From positions 32,001-96,000 of IMG/VR virus record IMGVR_UViG_2830161386_000001: a stretch of DNA of 64,000 bases, one strand, 5' to 3'. Under the pieces are notes generated by a model, which was not told the DNA's origin, searched no databases, and was given only the letters and a program-made list of their open reading frames with translations. Source of the DNA: a virus (taxonomy: Duplodnaviria > Caudoviricetes). This document shows, piece by piece, positions 55,101 through 61,764 of the stretch (the first letter of the stretch is position 1; each line of letters begins with the position of its first letter). The translations under genes and the position numbers were made by a program.

Positions 55101-57594
55101 TAACGTCCGGGGCACCGGAATCTCGGTACTTCCATACGATTTGAACGCTGTCGTTGGTCGTGTTCGGGGCTTTTGTGATCTTCCCGGGATTGGTCTCCGA
55201 AGGGTGGGTAATGTCCGTTGTCGTAAAGGTGCTTCCGTCGTAAAAGACCTCAATCGCGTCGGAGGCCAGCTCCGTGTCCCCGATAAACACCCGCCCGATA
55301 AGCTGAACGGTCCGGTCGGATTCCGGCTGCTCGGCCCAAGACTCGTTGGCCGGCTTCGTAAAAACGGTTTGCCCAGACAAGACCTCGACCGTTGAGGAGT
55401 ACTGGTCGCTCGCGTCGACGAGGGTAATCGTGTCGAGGGTATTCCCCGCGTCGGTGTCCCGCAGAAAGACGTCAAAATCACCCGCGTCGGTAATGAAGCT
55501 CGCCCCGATTTGCGTGGGGTTGTAGTCGTCGAGCCCGATATTGGAAAGGAGCTGAAAGTTTCCGTTGTCGTCCTGGTAGTGCAGCTTGTGCGGCCCGGAG
55601 GTGAGAACCTCCTTGGCCCCGCCTTCCGCCCGGACAACTTCAAGGCCAAGCTCCTTCGCTGCGTTGTCGGAGGGAATGACCGTTCCTTTCGTCGGGCGGA
55701 TGTACCGCCGAATCGAGGGCTTTCCGGCCGATACCGCGACAATGGACTTCGTCCGGCTGACCGTCACCGACACCTCGCCGGTGTCGGACCACACGCCGTC
55801 GTAGGTGCCGTCTCCGTTTGGGTCCCAACCGACTTGACCGGTCTCTGGGGACGTGCTCGTCTCGTCAAGGCGCCAGTACGTGCCGGTTTCTACTACAAAA
55901 TACCGGGCCCCGCCTGCCGCCTCCGCGGCGCTGATTCCTTTGAGGGACGCGGTGGTGTCAACAGAGGTTACCGGCACGTAGGTGTACTCGAACGTCACGT
56001 CGATAATCTGGCCCTCTTCCCCAAACTCCTCTCCCTCTTCAGTCGTGATCTCGACGTAGCCTTTGTTTTTGTAGTCGCCGGGCCCGGACGGCTCCTTCGT
56101 GACGCTGAAGGTGTAGTTCCCGTTTGCGTTTTCGTCCCAGGTTACGTCGACGTAGCTCCGGGCCTTCAGCGCGGTGCCCTGAAAAAACGCGCCCTTCAGC
56201 CGCGTCGTGCCGGTTTGCCAGTTCCCCTCCGGGTCGCGGTAGTAAGAGTAAAAGCCATCGATCAGCGAGACGACCCCGACAAGCGATTCGGTGAGGTCTG
56301 TAAGCGTGATGCTGTCTAGCACGTCGCTTTTCGACAGGTCCCCCTCAAGCGAGTCGATTGCGTATACGTCAATCTCCTCGTTAATGTCGGAGGCGGCGAC
56401 CTGAGGCGCGTAGTTGTCCTTGCCGATGGCCGTCTTCAGCGTGACGTAATTGCCGTTTTGGTCGGTCGTGTAGAGGCGAACCGGCCCGCTTTGAACGGGA
56501 AACTCCCCGCGCCCGGACACCCGGATGAGCTCTAGCCCGAGGGTCCCAGACGAGTTTTTCAGAACCGTTCCATCGGTCGGCCGCACGCGGTACTGCACGT
56601 TGTCTTCCCCGTCCTGGCCGTCTTCGATGGCCCGGATCACCTGCCGGGCCTCCTCGACCGCGCCCCGGCCGGTCTCGTACTTCGCGATGACCTCCACCGA
56701 GCGGCCCGCCTCGTCGAACTCAAACTCGATTTTCGAGGAGCTGCCGGCGGAGACGACCGAAAACTCCGCCCCGTCCCAGCTTACCGATACGGTATCGCTG
56801 GCAAGCGGCTTCCCTCCTTCCCGAAACTCGGCGCGAAGGGTCGTAATGCCAGTATTCCAGGCTCCTCCTTTCGGCTTTCGGTACTCCACCCGGCCGCTTA
56901 CGACCGTGAGCTTCCCGGAAATCGCTTCGGTTAGGTCCGTGAGCGTAACAGAGGCCTTTGCCTGGTCCTCCGGTCCAAAAAGCCGGAGCACGGTTTGGGT
57001 GCCGATGTCCGCCGCGTCGAGGTAAAACGAAAGTGCCTCTTCGCTGGCCGGGGCGCCTAAATTCGACTCCAGGGCGCCGACCGTCTCCCCGTCTCCGGTC
57101 TTGAGGGAAAAGCCCTCGCCCAGCTGAATTGGCTCTCCGTTCCGCTCCGCCCGCACGAGAAGGCGGCCCTCGGAGTTTTTCAGCCGGGTGCCCTCCGGCG
57201 TAGCAATTTCGTAGAGAAGCGCGTCTTGGCCGGCCTGCCCGCGGATAACGGACCGCTCGAACGGGAGCCAGCCCCCGCCCTCGTAGACGGACTGGGCCAT
57301 GTAGACGGTATCGGCCCCGGAGCGGAGCGACCAGTCTCCGTCGCCGGTCCACTCAACGCCGCCGGGCTCCCCCTCAATGTCAGATACGCGAGGGACCTCT
57401 GGGCTCGGGTCTGCGGGGCCGTAGAGAACAAGAACGCCAGATACGCTCGCCCCCTCCGCGCTGGAATCGCTTTGGGTACCGCCGGCTTCAATTTTATCGA
57501 TGCGCTGCCGCAGCCGGTTGATCTTCGAGCGGTCGCCGGTGCCACTGTTTCCGCCCTGGCCGCTGCCAAGAGGAGATGAGGGGCGCTCTGCCAT
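46156..57594 (-). CDS. Giant (~3,810 aa) repetitive fibre/adhesin with CBM5/12-like insert
   Basis: About 12 repeats of Y.I....G..[IL]KN..G...[DS]...L.D[LV].[DE]; PWQSDVQYGEGDVVSYEGSNY.C (CBM5/12-like) near 48520-48650; lower-GC C-terminal region. ATG at 57594 preferred over 57636. Confidence 0.8.
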   Translation of the reverse strand: MAERPSSPLGSGQGGNSGTGDRSKINRLRQRIDKIEAGGTQSDSSAEGASVSGVLVLYGPADPSPEVPRVSDIEGEPGGVEWTGDGDWSLRSGADTVYMAQSVYEGGGWLPFERSVIRGQAGQDALLYEIATPEGTRLKNSEGRLLVRAERNGEPIQLGEGFSLKTGDGETVGALESNLGAPASEEALSFYLDAADIGTQTVLRLFGPEDQAKASVTLTDLTEAISGKLTVVSGRVEYRKPKGGAWNTGITTLRAEFREGGKPLASDTVSVSWDGAEFSVVSAGSSSKIEFEFDEAGRSVEVIAKYETGRGAVEEARQVIRAIEDGQDGEDNVQYRVRPTDGTVLKNSSGTLGLELIRVSGRGEFPVQSGPVRLYTTDQNGNYVTLKTAIGKDNYAPQVAASDINEEIDVYAIDSLEGDLSKSDVLDSITLTDLTESLVGVVSLIDGFYSYYRDPEGNWQTGTTRLKGAFFQGTALKARSYVDVTWDENANGNYTFSVTKEPSGPGDYKNKGYVEITTEEGEEFGEEGQIIDVTFEYTYVPVTSVDTTASLKGISAAEAAGGARYFVVETGTYWRLDETSTSPETGQVGWDPNGDGTYDGVWSDTGEVSVTVSRTKSIVAVSAGKPSIRRYIRPTKGTVIPSDNAAKELGLEVVRAEGGAKEVLTSGPHKLHYQDDNGNFQLLSNIGLDDYNPTQIGASFITDAGDFDVFLRDTDAGNTLDTITLVDASDQYSSTVEVLSGQTVFTKPANESWAEQPESDRTVQLIGRVFIGDTELASDAIEVFYDGSTFTTTDITHPSETNPGKITKAPNTTNDSVQIVWKYRDSGAPDVNIQDEVVALTGGKSTTDRFIRAENGKAIKDGVGTVDLKIIRQQANEEVRLGSGDGYKIRTDETDSGDGFVPLGAPGSPLPGADPYSPSLNDAQIEGQRILYLGPGTGEAVQEDSIAVADVTDGLSTGYVQAPTLDVTHFTGPAHGSVSASSVPFTGRFFDSQKTEHAQGLEMKPSDNADGDLIVDFQHGTPSNSIPADEDTTYVVRAQGTVVFDPSNGTSGSVNADNPSVSGVSGTVRELVVEFTGTDPNTGETVSFLEQLQLLRDDGTYRIDAPNGTDLKKGTDKTLVFKFKRFDGNDPNRQVDLEEGELRFVQYEGIDAPTDPIEVWPKDGSGNLISKVELTASDIKQQDVVQLQTDPASGDPAVLDAERILDTTDPFQVTYIQAPSGREVTHYTVDEVTGGLPIDPEDLRFTGVFQPPGDSRSTRRQDAYFRFEENDSGDLVIAEMAASGAPVENEAGSIDFKVINEAGTVVYDTSAGTDKSGTAATTDPKRMRVRFTMVDPETGESSTEEEQLEFVDDPGSFYFKQVTPKVIRNGSGTVKIDVRERGAVNRRLTKKEIDSITGVAGREDAEFTVELRPVDTQSVVLDGSEGRLKDGSGEAPSGRIVLNETDIDGDDDLVLRDGDAVLEAVKIVDLKDGTDGADAIDVALERNPQDLVYSWDQESETWDRTTDTVITATARRGLAVQARGSVTIGFDAPNASLFIKDDASISSSEITYEKSLSESGQALGLEFTYKHEPESGVQAPSDLTSIKKKETRDDDLRYVEESGTFWKLDTTRDGSSLDVSGEAVWNPDGEAADGVWVDTGDDARDTESETITVRRDGEHGTSYNLLLENGNLIKNSQGTLPVEARKTKGPRENRLSKSDGFRLTDGTGTVLDENTSGVSQKGGSGDLYYEFSAGAIDNSTDVLLQTWDGGAPGRQVQGVTLADLTESVVPTVDYTSGPRTYDQNEDRSWTPALGTTTTIEYAFFQGPRPDPVAELTAKVTYNGPSASPSWSLSVSSASTKEPGASVSLIADGNGTVLSDYAADVAVEYENESGIVQRAYGDVTAIRTGEPGAFTSYVFQRSSGSPGRPSNSAGGTYFDPNPPSGWSDAPPTGSGSEKQLWMSKAVYTVAAGGPAKTIDTTGDGAEDAAWSAPEKLDSKAGVFRVWHPGTGSEPTADDPTAPGIGKPPAPENQPTGRPGASPSWDPGSNGWKKSPNDVTSRDPYFVAVSRYDDEAGSDGSGDWSDWDVARVKGEKGEASEYFYIRTDGGRVIRNSGETVQVRATHVRASEQKAISSSHEPEIKLYTKSGGTLYPITDSANSIGASDPYSPSISAPQITDGQLTLHLADKSRGVTYDTMRLADLTDLIRGTTEVVEGSAVFTRDADTDWQTESVFIGAQFFRGSRVAAKLAKVTWDGTSFSLDGSVTGASSGGSFSETSPGDVSVTLRGDGQAATAEFTYDDPNASVTETARERVFAVRPGDSTVQRFIRSQDGRVIKNGDGSITLSAVKVVGDTETPITSGNYKLRVKDGSSYPPISDLTSAAGDYEPTLQPGDIGGGRRRVYLGDSANESGIVDSIALADLNDAVSTGYVQPSSLEMTHFNGPGVDVVSPSGVTFTGRFVDVQGGGHAQEVLIGGTETSGNELEISWSAGAGDADVSYAVKAQGTEVSSPLNADSPAQTGVTGPVEDLLVEFEGEDPHAGDTITFAEQLQLPRDFGIYRIDPQKGTSIKDGSNQALSFGFKRSGEPIDLQYGELKLVRYEGGDQTNPQQAVPGSSSASPVSTVEITPDDIAEQDVIQLQTWDGQVLDSERLVDLNDGVSTGYIVTPKGTEITYFTDGTPNETDDTVAPSPIAIKGTYAPPTGSTVRTVVDVHASPNGSEIDAYWTIGPQNNLNGGVTVTDENGNDVPPDTTATSPSRWTISFEHNAETADKTIRFSETVRFNRDFAEYLIEDPDDQVFRINPDGDRIEPESLTFRGRREGSKSEKTLSVDGNPYSFALFDDTDSTPTKTYTGGGTSVEVGHEDVSGSALLQLRKGSATVESLRIIDQKEGTDGDDAPLLDIDRVLGPKEWVRDQSGDWAPGPTANGNRETRLKATFYKGASERQSARVDLRLDTGSGTLSDVTSASNVGSNYTVNVTAAGGGSLPARSVDVEFVYEDPSESKPWQSDVQYGEGDVVSYEGSNYICTVVSTTVGDPPDGATTEWDPHDKTYRRTRQVTALREGQDAAEQARISAGQYVFIKNKPTAQEDWSVPEIGLTAKTGGLVGNPSEITYKWETKEGGGSYSAAQTQTGDNGGDTFTVSHPSVGTDPFQKTVRLTVTDGADGESYTDVETFPVVQEGSDGIVLSVANDTHAYPVDQNGDIVGDLDRGAAEFRVYEGAKQLAISSATVVDNGPFSQAKAPVKTESEGDYARLVPQDYTAPFTGGKAKVKVIATRASGEEIQPVGVVNYRIGRDVIGPGLAERGKAARKLGDGFSGLATSADAIGYLTALENVESDGDGETIDEHARRWRTYLSDSGDLYLNESDDETSMQYVANWGTPSTPDSGLFAVGRVGEAKSFFKSLSSGDYPSNGTADEDTDTFFGYHEGVLALNGRLAGKIQQGRTVDLGDPPDEGIRLDGGEEEIRVYANELPDEPSRPSIAIGPNASFPGNMNPVATESLGQTYSRTFSTNDPGGNRQTSYELLRLDGSEGFDVTDFGHSPDVPVEMASEVNLSITIGNTGQAEDLDFTLVFELRENTSITDGTLAKKIVGTGTVTPDYSGYTITESFSFDDAVISRPQFGDVVEFVVTLETDRDIDSAEQISASIGGLKTSTPGLNDVTWRQFRPRTVVNKNGVFSKVSPRVTSTLGANGSVGVVSGGGGGSGGGVSSFEGRTGSIEVQRSDTTDVVDNQVASTFAGTPPKGELLLQHIFHEKFRVEEAILYANSAPDSSYAVNVDVGGNAQTVSLDGGQNYVVDGSIGREVSKGDVIRATTASADSGIGEVTISFDLSPIE
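51522..51537. promoter_or_regulatory. 16-bp palindrome copy 8 (GATCCCAGCTGGGACT, 2 mismatches), intragenic
   Basis: Inside the giant gene, in a Pro/Gly linker (ASPSWDPG). Confidence 0.7.
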
Positions 57595-57612
57595 AGAAGG
57601 CAACTTTTTTTG

Positions 57613-57628
57613 AGTCCCAGTTGGGACG
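57613..57628. promoter_or_regulatory. 16-bp palindrome copy 9 (AGTCCCAGTTGGGACG, 2 mismatches)
   Basis: 18 nt upstream of ATG 57594. Confidence 0.7.
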
Positions 57629-57702
57629 GAGGCCAACTACACATTTACAAGGTAGCGCCCCGGCGGCCTTTCCGTGTTGCCGGAGCGCCGACTCAAAACG
57701 CG

Positions 57703-57737
57703 AAAAGCCCGGCCGCCATCGACAGGCGGGCCGGGCC
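57703..57737 (-). terminator. Rho-independent terminator after the major capsid gene
   Basis: Minus strand GCCCGGCCCGCC-TGTCGAT-GGCGGCCGGGC-TTTT. Confidence 0.75.
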
Positions 57738-57787
57738 CTTCGGGACTAAGAAGAAGTGCGGCTGCGGGCCGAGATGGCCACAAAGCG

Positions 57788-59119
57788 TTACCCGAGGTGA
57801 CGGGCGCGCTGCATGCGGTACTTCGCGACGCCTTCGGTGTTGCCGATGCCGAGGCCGAAGTACTCCCAGGAGCGCCGGTTGATCTCGTTCTCGCCCTTGG
57901 TCTTCCAGACCTCCGACTCGACGTCCTTGCCCGAGAGGCGCACGATCTCGCCCATGAACTCCTCGTCGGGGAACGCCCACATGACGTCGAAGCGGTCGTA
58001 GCCCTTCGTCTGGGCAGTGCCGCCGCCGAAGTTGGAGAGGTCCACCGTAATCTGGTGGGACGCAAACTCCCGGTCGTCCAGGTTGTTGTCCGGGGCGCGG
58101 GAAATCCGGACTGTGGTGTCGTCGAAGAGCTCCGCTCGGACGTGGCGCTTCACGGCGCCGTCGACCTCCTCAACAATGCCGGGGGCTCCGTCCAGCGGCG
58201 TGAGGCTCTGGATGCCCTCCGCGAGCTGCTGGGCAGCCTCCGCGGCGCTTGCGGCGTTGACGGTAATCGCCTCGCCCTCCACCATGATGTCCTCGTCGAC
58301 CGAGCCGTTGCCGGCCTCGAAGGAGACGAGCGTGACCCGCTCGTGCTCGGTGAGCAGGCGCTTCTTGATGGAGCTCATAAACTCAAGCCCCTGCACCTGC
58401 TCGCGGGTGAAGCCGTCGGTAAAGACTTCGCCCGTCAAGTTATCCCCGAGCTGGTTCAGGTCCAGCTTGCCGAAGTCCTTTCTCGTATCCTCGTTGATGA
58501 GCATACGGGTGGCCTTCAGCTGGTCCTCGGCGGGCATCCCGGTGCGGGTGCCGCTCTCCAGAAGCGTGCTCAGGTCGTTGATGTGGTCCTTCTGGATCTG
58601 GACCGCGCCCTCCTGGGCGTCGTCCGTTACGTCGGTCGTCTTCCCGGAAATGCGGACGCACTCGTTCAGGATGGTGAGGAGCTTGACGTCCCGCTGGATC
58701 CCCAGCTCGTAGACGTCCTTGTCCGCCGCGTCGGCGAGGAGGTCATAGTCGTAGGCCATGAGCTCCTCCTTGTTCTTCTGCACGATCGGCGTCTGGTGCT
58801 CCCCGAGCGGGATCTCAAAGCGGTTGCCGTACAGGTACCGCTCGTACGGGCGGTCCCTAAAGTTTGCAACCGTGGCCTGCTCGGTGCCCTGCTCCACGTC
58901 GGTCAGCACGTAGTACGAATCGGTCTCCGTGTCGACCTGGAGGTCGTTCTCAGTTACCGGCCGCACTGCGAGAATCTGGTCCGCGAAGCTGTCCTCATAC
59001 AGCTTTACGCGAATGTAGGGCCGGATCGCTTCGCCTACCTTGTCGAACTCACCGTCGTCGACAAAGGAGCGAATGCGCTCGTTGTATGCCTTCTTGTCAA
59101 AGTCAAACTCAGCGTCCAT
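57788..59119 (-). CDS. Major capsid protein
   Basis: IRVKLYEDSFADQIL...PVT..DL N-terminus and WEYFGLGIGN.EGVA C-terminus, typical of HK97-fold MCPs of this type. Strong codon bias, follows the decoration gene and is followed by a terminator. Confidence 0.85.
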   Translation of the reverse strand: MDAEFDFDKKAYNERIRSFVDDGEFDKVGEAIRPYIRVKLYEDSFADQILAVRPVTENDLQVDTETDSYYVLTDVEQGTEQATVANFRDRPYERYLYGNRFEIPLGEHQTPIVQKNKEELMAYDYDLLADAADKDVYELGIQRDVKLLTILNECVRISGKTTDVTDDAQEGAVQIQKDHINDLSTLLESGTRTGMPAEDQLKATRMLINEDTRKDFGKLDLNQLGDNLTGEVFTDGFTREQVQGLEFMSSIKKRLLTEHERVTLVSFEAGNGSVDEDIMVEGEAITVNAASAAEAAQQLAEGIQSLTPLDGAPGIVEEVDGAVKRHVRAELFDDTTVRISRAPDNNLDDREFASHQITVDLSNFGGGTAQTKGYDRFDVMWAFPDEEFMGEIVRLSGKDVESEVWKTKGENEINRRSWEYFGLGIGNTEGVAKYRMQRARHLG

Positions 59120-59232
59120 AGTTGGTAATGGGGTTGTTGTGGGGGCCGAATGGGCCCCGTTCCGGCCAGCGTTGTTGGAAGCTGGAAAGACCAGGCGGCC
59201 GGATTAGCGCCAGGTGGCGCTTAAAGCGTTAG

Positions 59233-59730
59233 TTACACTGTGTGGGGGGCGGGGAAGACCTTAATCCGCATCGGCGTGTTGGCGCTCGCGTCCTGCGGGG
59301 CCGTCTGCACCTGCCCAATTGCGTGGGTCGTGCTTCCGTCGGTCGGGGCAAAGACGCCGCCGTCGATGCCCGAATCGTAGCCGGCGGTCACGAAGTCGCC
59401 CAGCTCGTAGCTGCCGCTTGCGTCGTAGAGCTCCGTCTCCACGATAAAGAGACCGTCCACGACCGTAATCGCGCCGGACTCCAGCGTGTCGTAGCGGGTG
59501 TTGTCGATCCGCATCGCGACGTTGGCGGCCTGGTCCACCGCGTTGCCCGCAGTGACCTTCTCAAGCGTCAGGCTCTGGCCGGCTGACGGGCGCAGGCCCA
59601 CCAGCTCGCCGAGGGCTACGTCCTCGTGATCAACGCCACGGGGAAGGTGGCGCTTCTCGGGGAATGCCGTCTTGGTCATTCCCGACAGGATGCGAAAAGG
59701 CTGCTCGTCCTCTCGATAAATCGTTCCCAT
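59233..59730 (-). CDS. Capsid decoration/cement protein
   Basis: 165 aa directly upstream of the MCP; RYDT.ESG.ITV..G.F.VET.LYD....Y..GD.VT...IG.V...P beta-tulip-like pattern. Confidence 0.7.
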   Translation of the reverse strand: MGTIYREDEQPFRILSGMTKTAFPEKRHLPRGVDHEDVALGELVGLRPSAGQSLTLEKVTAGNAVDQAANVAMRIDNTRYDTLESGAITVVDGLFIVETELYDASGSYELGDFVTAGYDSGIDGGVFAPTDGSTTHAIGQVQTAPQDASANTPMRIKVFPAPHTV

Positions 59731-59795
59731 AGTAGAATAAAGGTTGTGCGGCGGTTGCCGCGAAGTCTAGCGCCAGTCGGCGCTGTAAGCTCTGG

Positions 59796-60191
59796 TTACG
59801 CGGCGCCGATGTCCGATGCGCGCTTTTGAAGGTTGCGCATGGCATTGGCGGCGTACTTGCTCGAAGTTGATGGCTCGGTGCTGGCGGCCTCCTTCGCGGG
59901 GCCGTCGTCGACGTCTTCGACCAGCGACTGGCCGCCGGCAAAGCCCGGCCCGGCCTCCTTCATCGCGGTCTTCGTCTTTTGCAGGTCCTTGTCCGACTCG
60001 ACGAGCCGATCCCGTTCCTGCAAGAAGTTGCTCGGCTCGGTGGCCCCGTTGGCAATCTTCATGTCCACGATCTCCTCGGCAACCTTCTCGCGCCGAAACG
60101 CCGCCAGCTTCTCTCGCTGCTCCTCAATGGTTTCCTGCTGAGACTCCAGTCGCTCTCGCGCCGCCTTCAGCATCTGTGCGGTCTTGTTCAT
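59796..60191 (-). CDS. Coiled-coil head assembly/scaffold-like protein
   Basis: 131 aa, heptad-rich, six K-x-A motifs; position upstream of the capsid genes. Confidence 0.65.
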   Translation of the reverse strand: MNKTAQMLKAARERLESQQETIEEQREKLAAFRREKVAEEIVDMKIANGATEPSNFLQERDRLVESDKDLQKTKTAMKEAGPGFAGGQSLVEDVDDGPAKEAASTEPSTSSKYAANAMRNLQKRASDIGAA

Positions 60192-60225
60192 AGTAGTGAC
60201 TTACGATCTGTTGGGCCGTGGGGCC

Positions 60226-61161
60226 TTAAAGCGAATCGATAAACGCGTTGGTGTCGTTGCCGGGCAGGGCCTCGCTTCGGGCCTGCGCGACCTTGTCGGT
60301 CAGCTCGCGAACGGCATCCTCGTCGGCGGTCCGGGCGGCGGCCTTCGCGACCGTCTCCTCGACGATCTCGGTCTCAAGCGCCTGGGCAACCTTGTTCAGG
60401 TCGTGGCAAGACTTGTCGTCGAGGCGGTCGGTGATCTTCTCTTTCTTGGCCCCGTCTTCGCCAGCCTCCTTGTCGTTGAGCTTCTCTTTGACCTCCTCCG
60501 GCATGTCGTCGTCGGAGCCCTCGTTGGAGCTGTCCTCCGACTCCTCATCAGAATCCTCATCGGACTCCTCCTCGCCGGACTCTTCCTCGTCGGAGTCTCC
60601 GCCGGACTCGTTGGCCTCCTCGACGCCGCCCTCCTCCTTGGCCTCTTCGGCCTGCTCCTGCATCTCCTCGGGCAGGTCTTCCATCGACTCGGCCTGCTTC
60701 TTGTTGGAGGTGGCGTCCTGCATCGGGGCGCCGTCGGTCTGCATGCCGCTGTCGGTGCGCCCGGTCTCGGTCGAGCCCTCGTTTTGGGCCGACGCGCCGG
60801 AGGGGACCCCAGAGTGCTCACCGTCGTTTTTGGCGGACTCTCCAGAGGGGACCCCGTCGTGCTCCCCGTCGTCTTTGGCGGACTCCCCGGAGGGGACCGA
60901 CTCTTCGTTGGGCATGTTTTGCCCGTCGCCCTTAGCCGGGGACTCGCTGGGGGCGTTGTCCATCGGGCCGCTTCCGCCGCTGATCTCTCCCTGCTCGGCC
61001 TGCTTTTGCAGCTCGCCGAGACTGGAGATTAGATCGCCCGTCGACATCTCCGAGGGCGGGTCTTGAGGGCTTGCCTCCTTGGTGTGGTCGCCGCCGGACC
61101 CGCTTTCAAGGTCGGTCAGGTCCTCGATAATTTCTCGGCGCGTTTCGTCAAAGTCGCTCAT
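60226..61161 (-). CDS. Very acidic scaffold/internal head-like protein
   Basis: 311 aa, D/E/S-rich disordered core; several K-x-A motifs. Confidence 0.65.
   Translation of the reverse strand: MSDFDETRREIIEDLTDLESGSGGDHTKEASPQDPPSEMSTGDLISSLGELQKQAEQGEISGGSGPMDNAPSESPAKGDGQNMPNEESVPSGESAKDDGEHDGVPSGESAKNDGEHSGVPSGASAQNEGSTETGRTDSGMQTDGAPMQDATSNKKQAESMEDLPEEMQEQAEEAKEEGGVEEANESGGDSDEEESGEEESDEDSDEESEDSSNEGSDDDMPEEVKEKLNDKEAGEDGAKKEKITDRLDDKSCHDLNKVAQALETEIVEETVAKAAARTADEDAVRELTDKVAQARSEALPGNDTNAFIDSL
60778..60903. repeat. Coding tandem repeat, about 3 x 45 bp (VPSGESAKxDGEHxG)
   Basis: VPSGESAKDDGEHDG VPSGESAKNDGEHSG VPSGASAQNEG. Confidence 0.8.
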
Positions 61162-61213
61162 AAAAAGGGTGTTGGTTTGTTACGCCGCGTCTGCGGCGGG
61201 CCGGTCGGCGCGT

Positions 61214-61684
61214 TTACTGGTTGGCGGCCTTCAGCTGCTGGGCCACCAGGTTGCGGGCGCTCTTCTCCATCTCCTCGTCCGGCTCCTGCCCGGTCAGAGA
61301 CGACCAGGCCTCCATCGCGCCTTTGACCATGCGGTCGAACATCTCCTGGTCCTCCTCGTCGCTCTCCGGGGCCATCGAGGCGCTCTTCTGAAGCTCACTT
61401 CGGGCCTCTCGGACCTCGCTCAGCACCTCGTCGGTGGAGGCGCCCTTCTCGATCATCTCCTCCATGGTCGAGAGCATCTTGAGCGCGCCCTGGTCGTGGG
61501 CGAGCTTCTGCTGCTCCCCGCGGTAGGCGAGGTCATCGGCAAGGCTCGCGGTAAGGGCATACCGCTCCTCGGAGATGTCCTCCCCGTTGTCCGCGGACTT
61601 TTCAAGGTCCTTCGACTCGGCGTCGACAAAGGCGCGGGTCGCGACTTCGCGACCGTACATTTCACTGTAGGCAAGCTTCTGCAT
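61214..61684 (-). CDS. K-x-A-rich head-associated protein
   Basis: 156 aa; KLAY, KSAD, KLAH, KGAS, KSAS, KGAM, KSAR, KAAN. Confidence 0.7.
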   Translation of the reverse strand: MQKLAYSEMYGREVATRAFVDAESKDLEKSADNGEDISEERYALTASLADDLAYRGEQQKLAHDQGALKMLSTMEEMIEKGASTDEVLSEVREARSELQKSASMAPESDEEDQEMFDRMVKGAMEAWSSLTGQEPDEEMEKSARNLVAQQLKAANQ

Positions 61685-61715
61685 AGGTAAAAAGGGTTGT
61701 TTGAATTGGGAGGCG

Positions 61716-61731
61716 CGTCCCAGCTGGGACT
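61716..61731. promoter_or_regulatory. 16-bp palindrome copy 10 (CGTCCCAGCTGGGACT, 1 mismatch)
   Basis: Intergenic, 31 nt upstream of the start at 61684. Confidence 0.8.
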
Positions 61732-61764
61732 CACCCGTTTTGGGCGAGCGTGCCGGGCACGGAG

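Noticed and set aside
7925-61731. Palindrome as a CRISPR repeat, REP cluster or transposon end
   Set aside because: Copies are kilobases apart with no spacer periodicity, no cas or transposase gene and no consistent target-site duplication.
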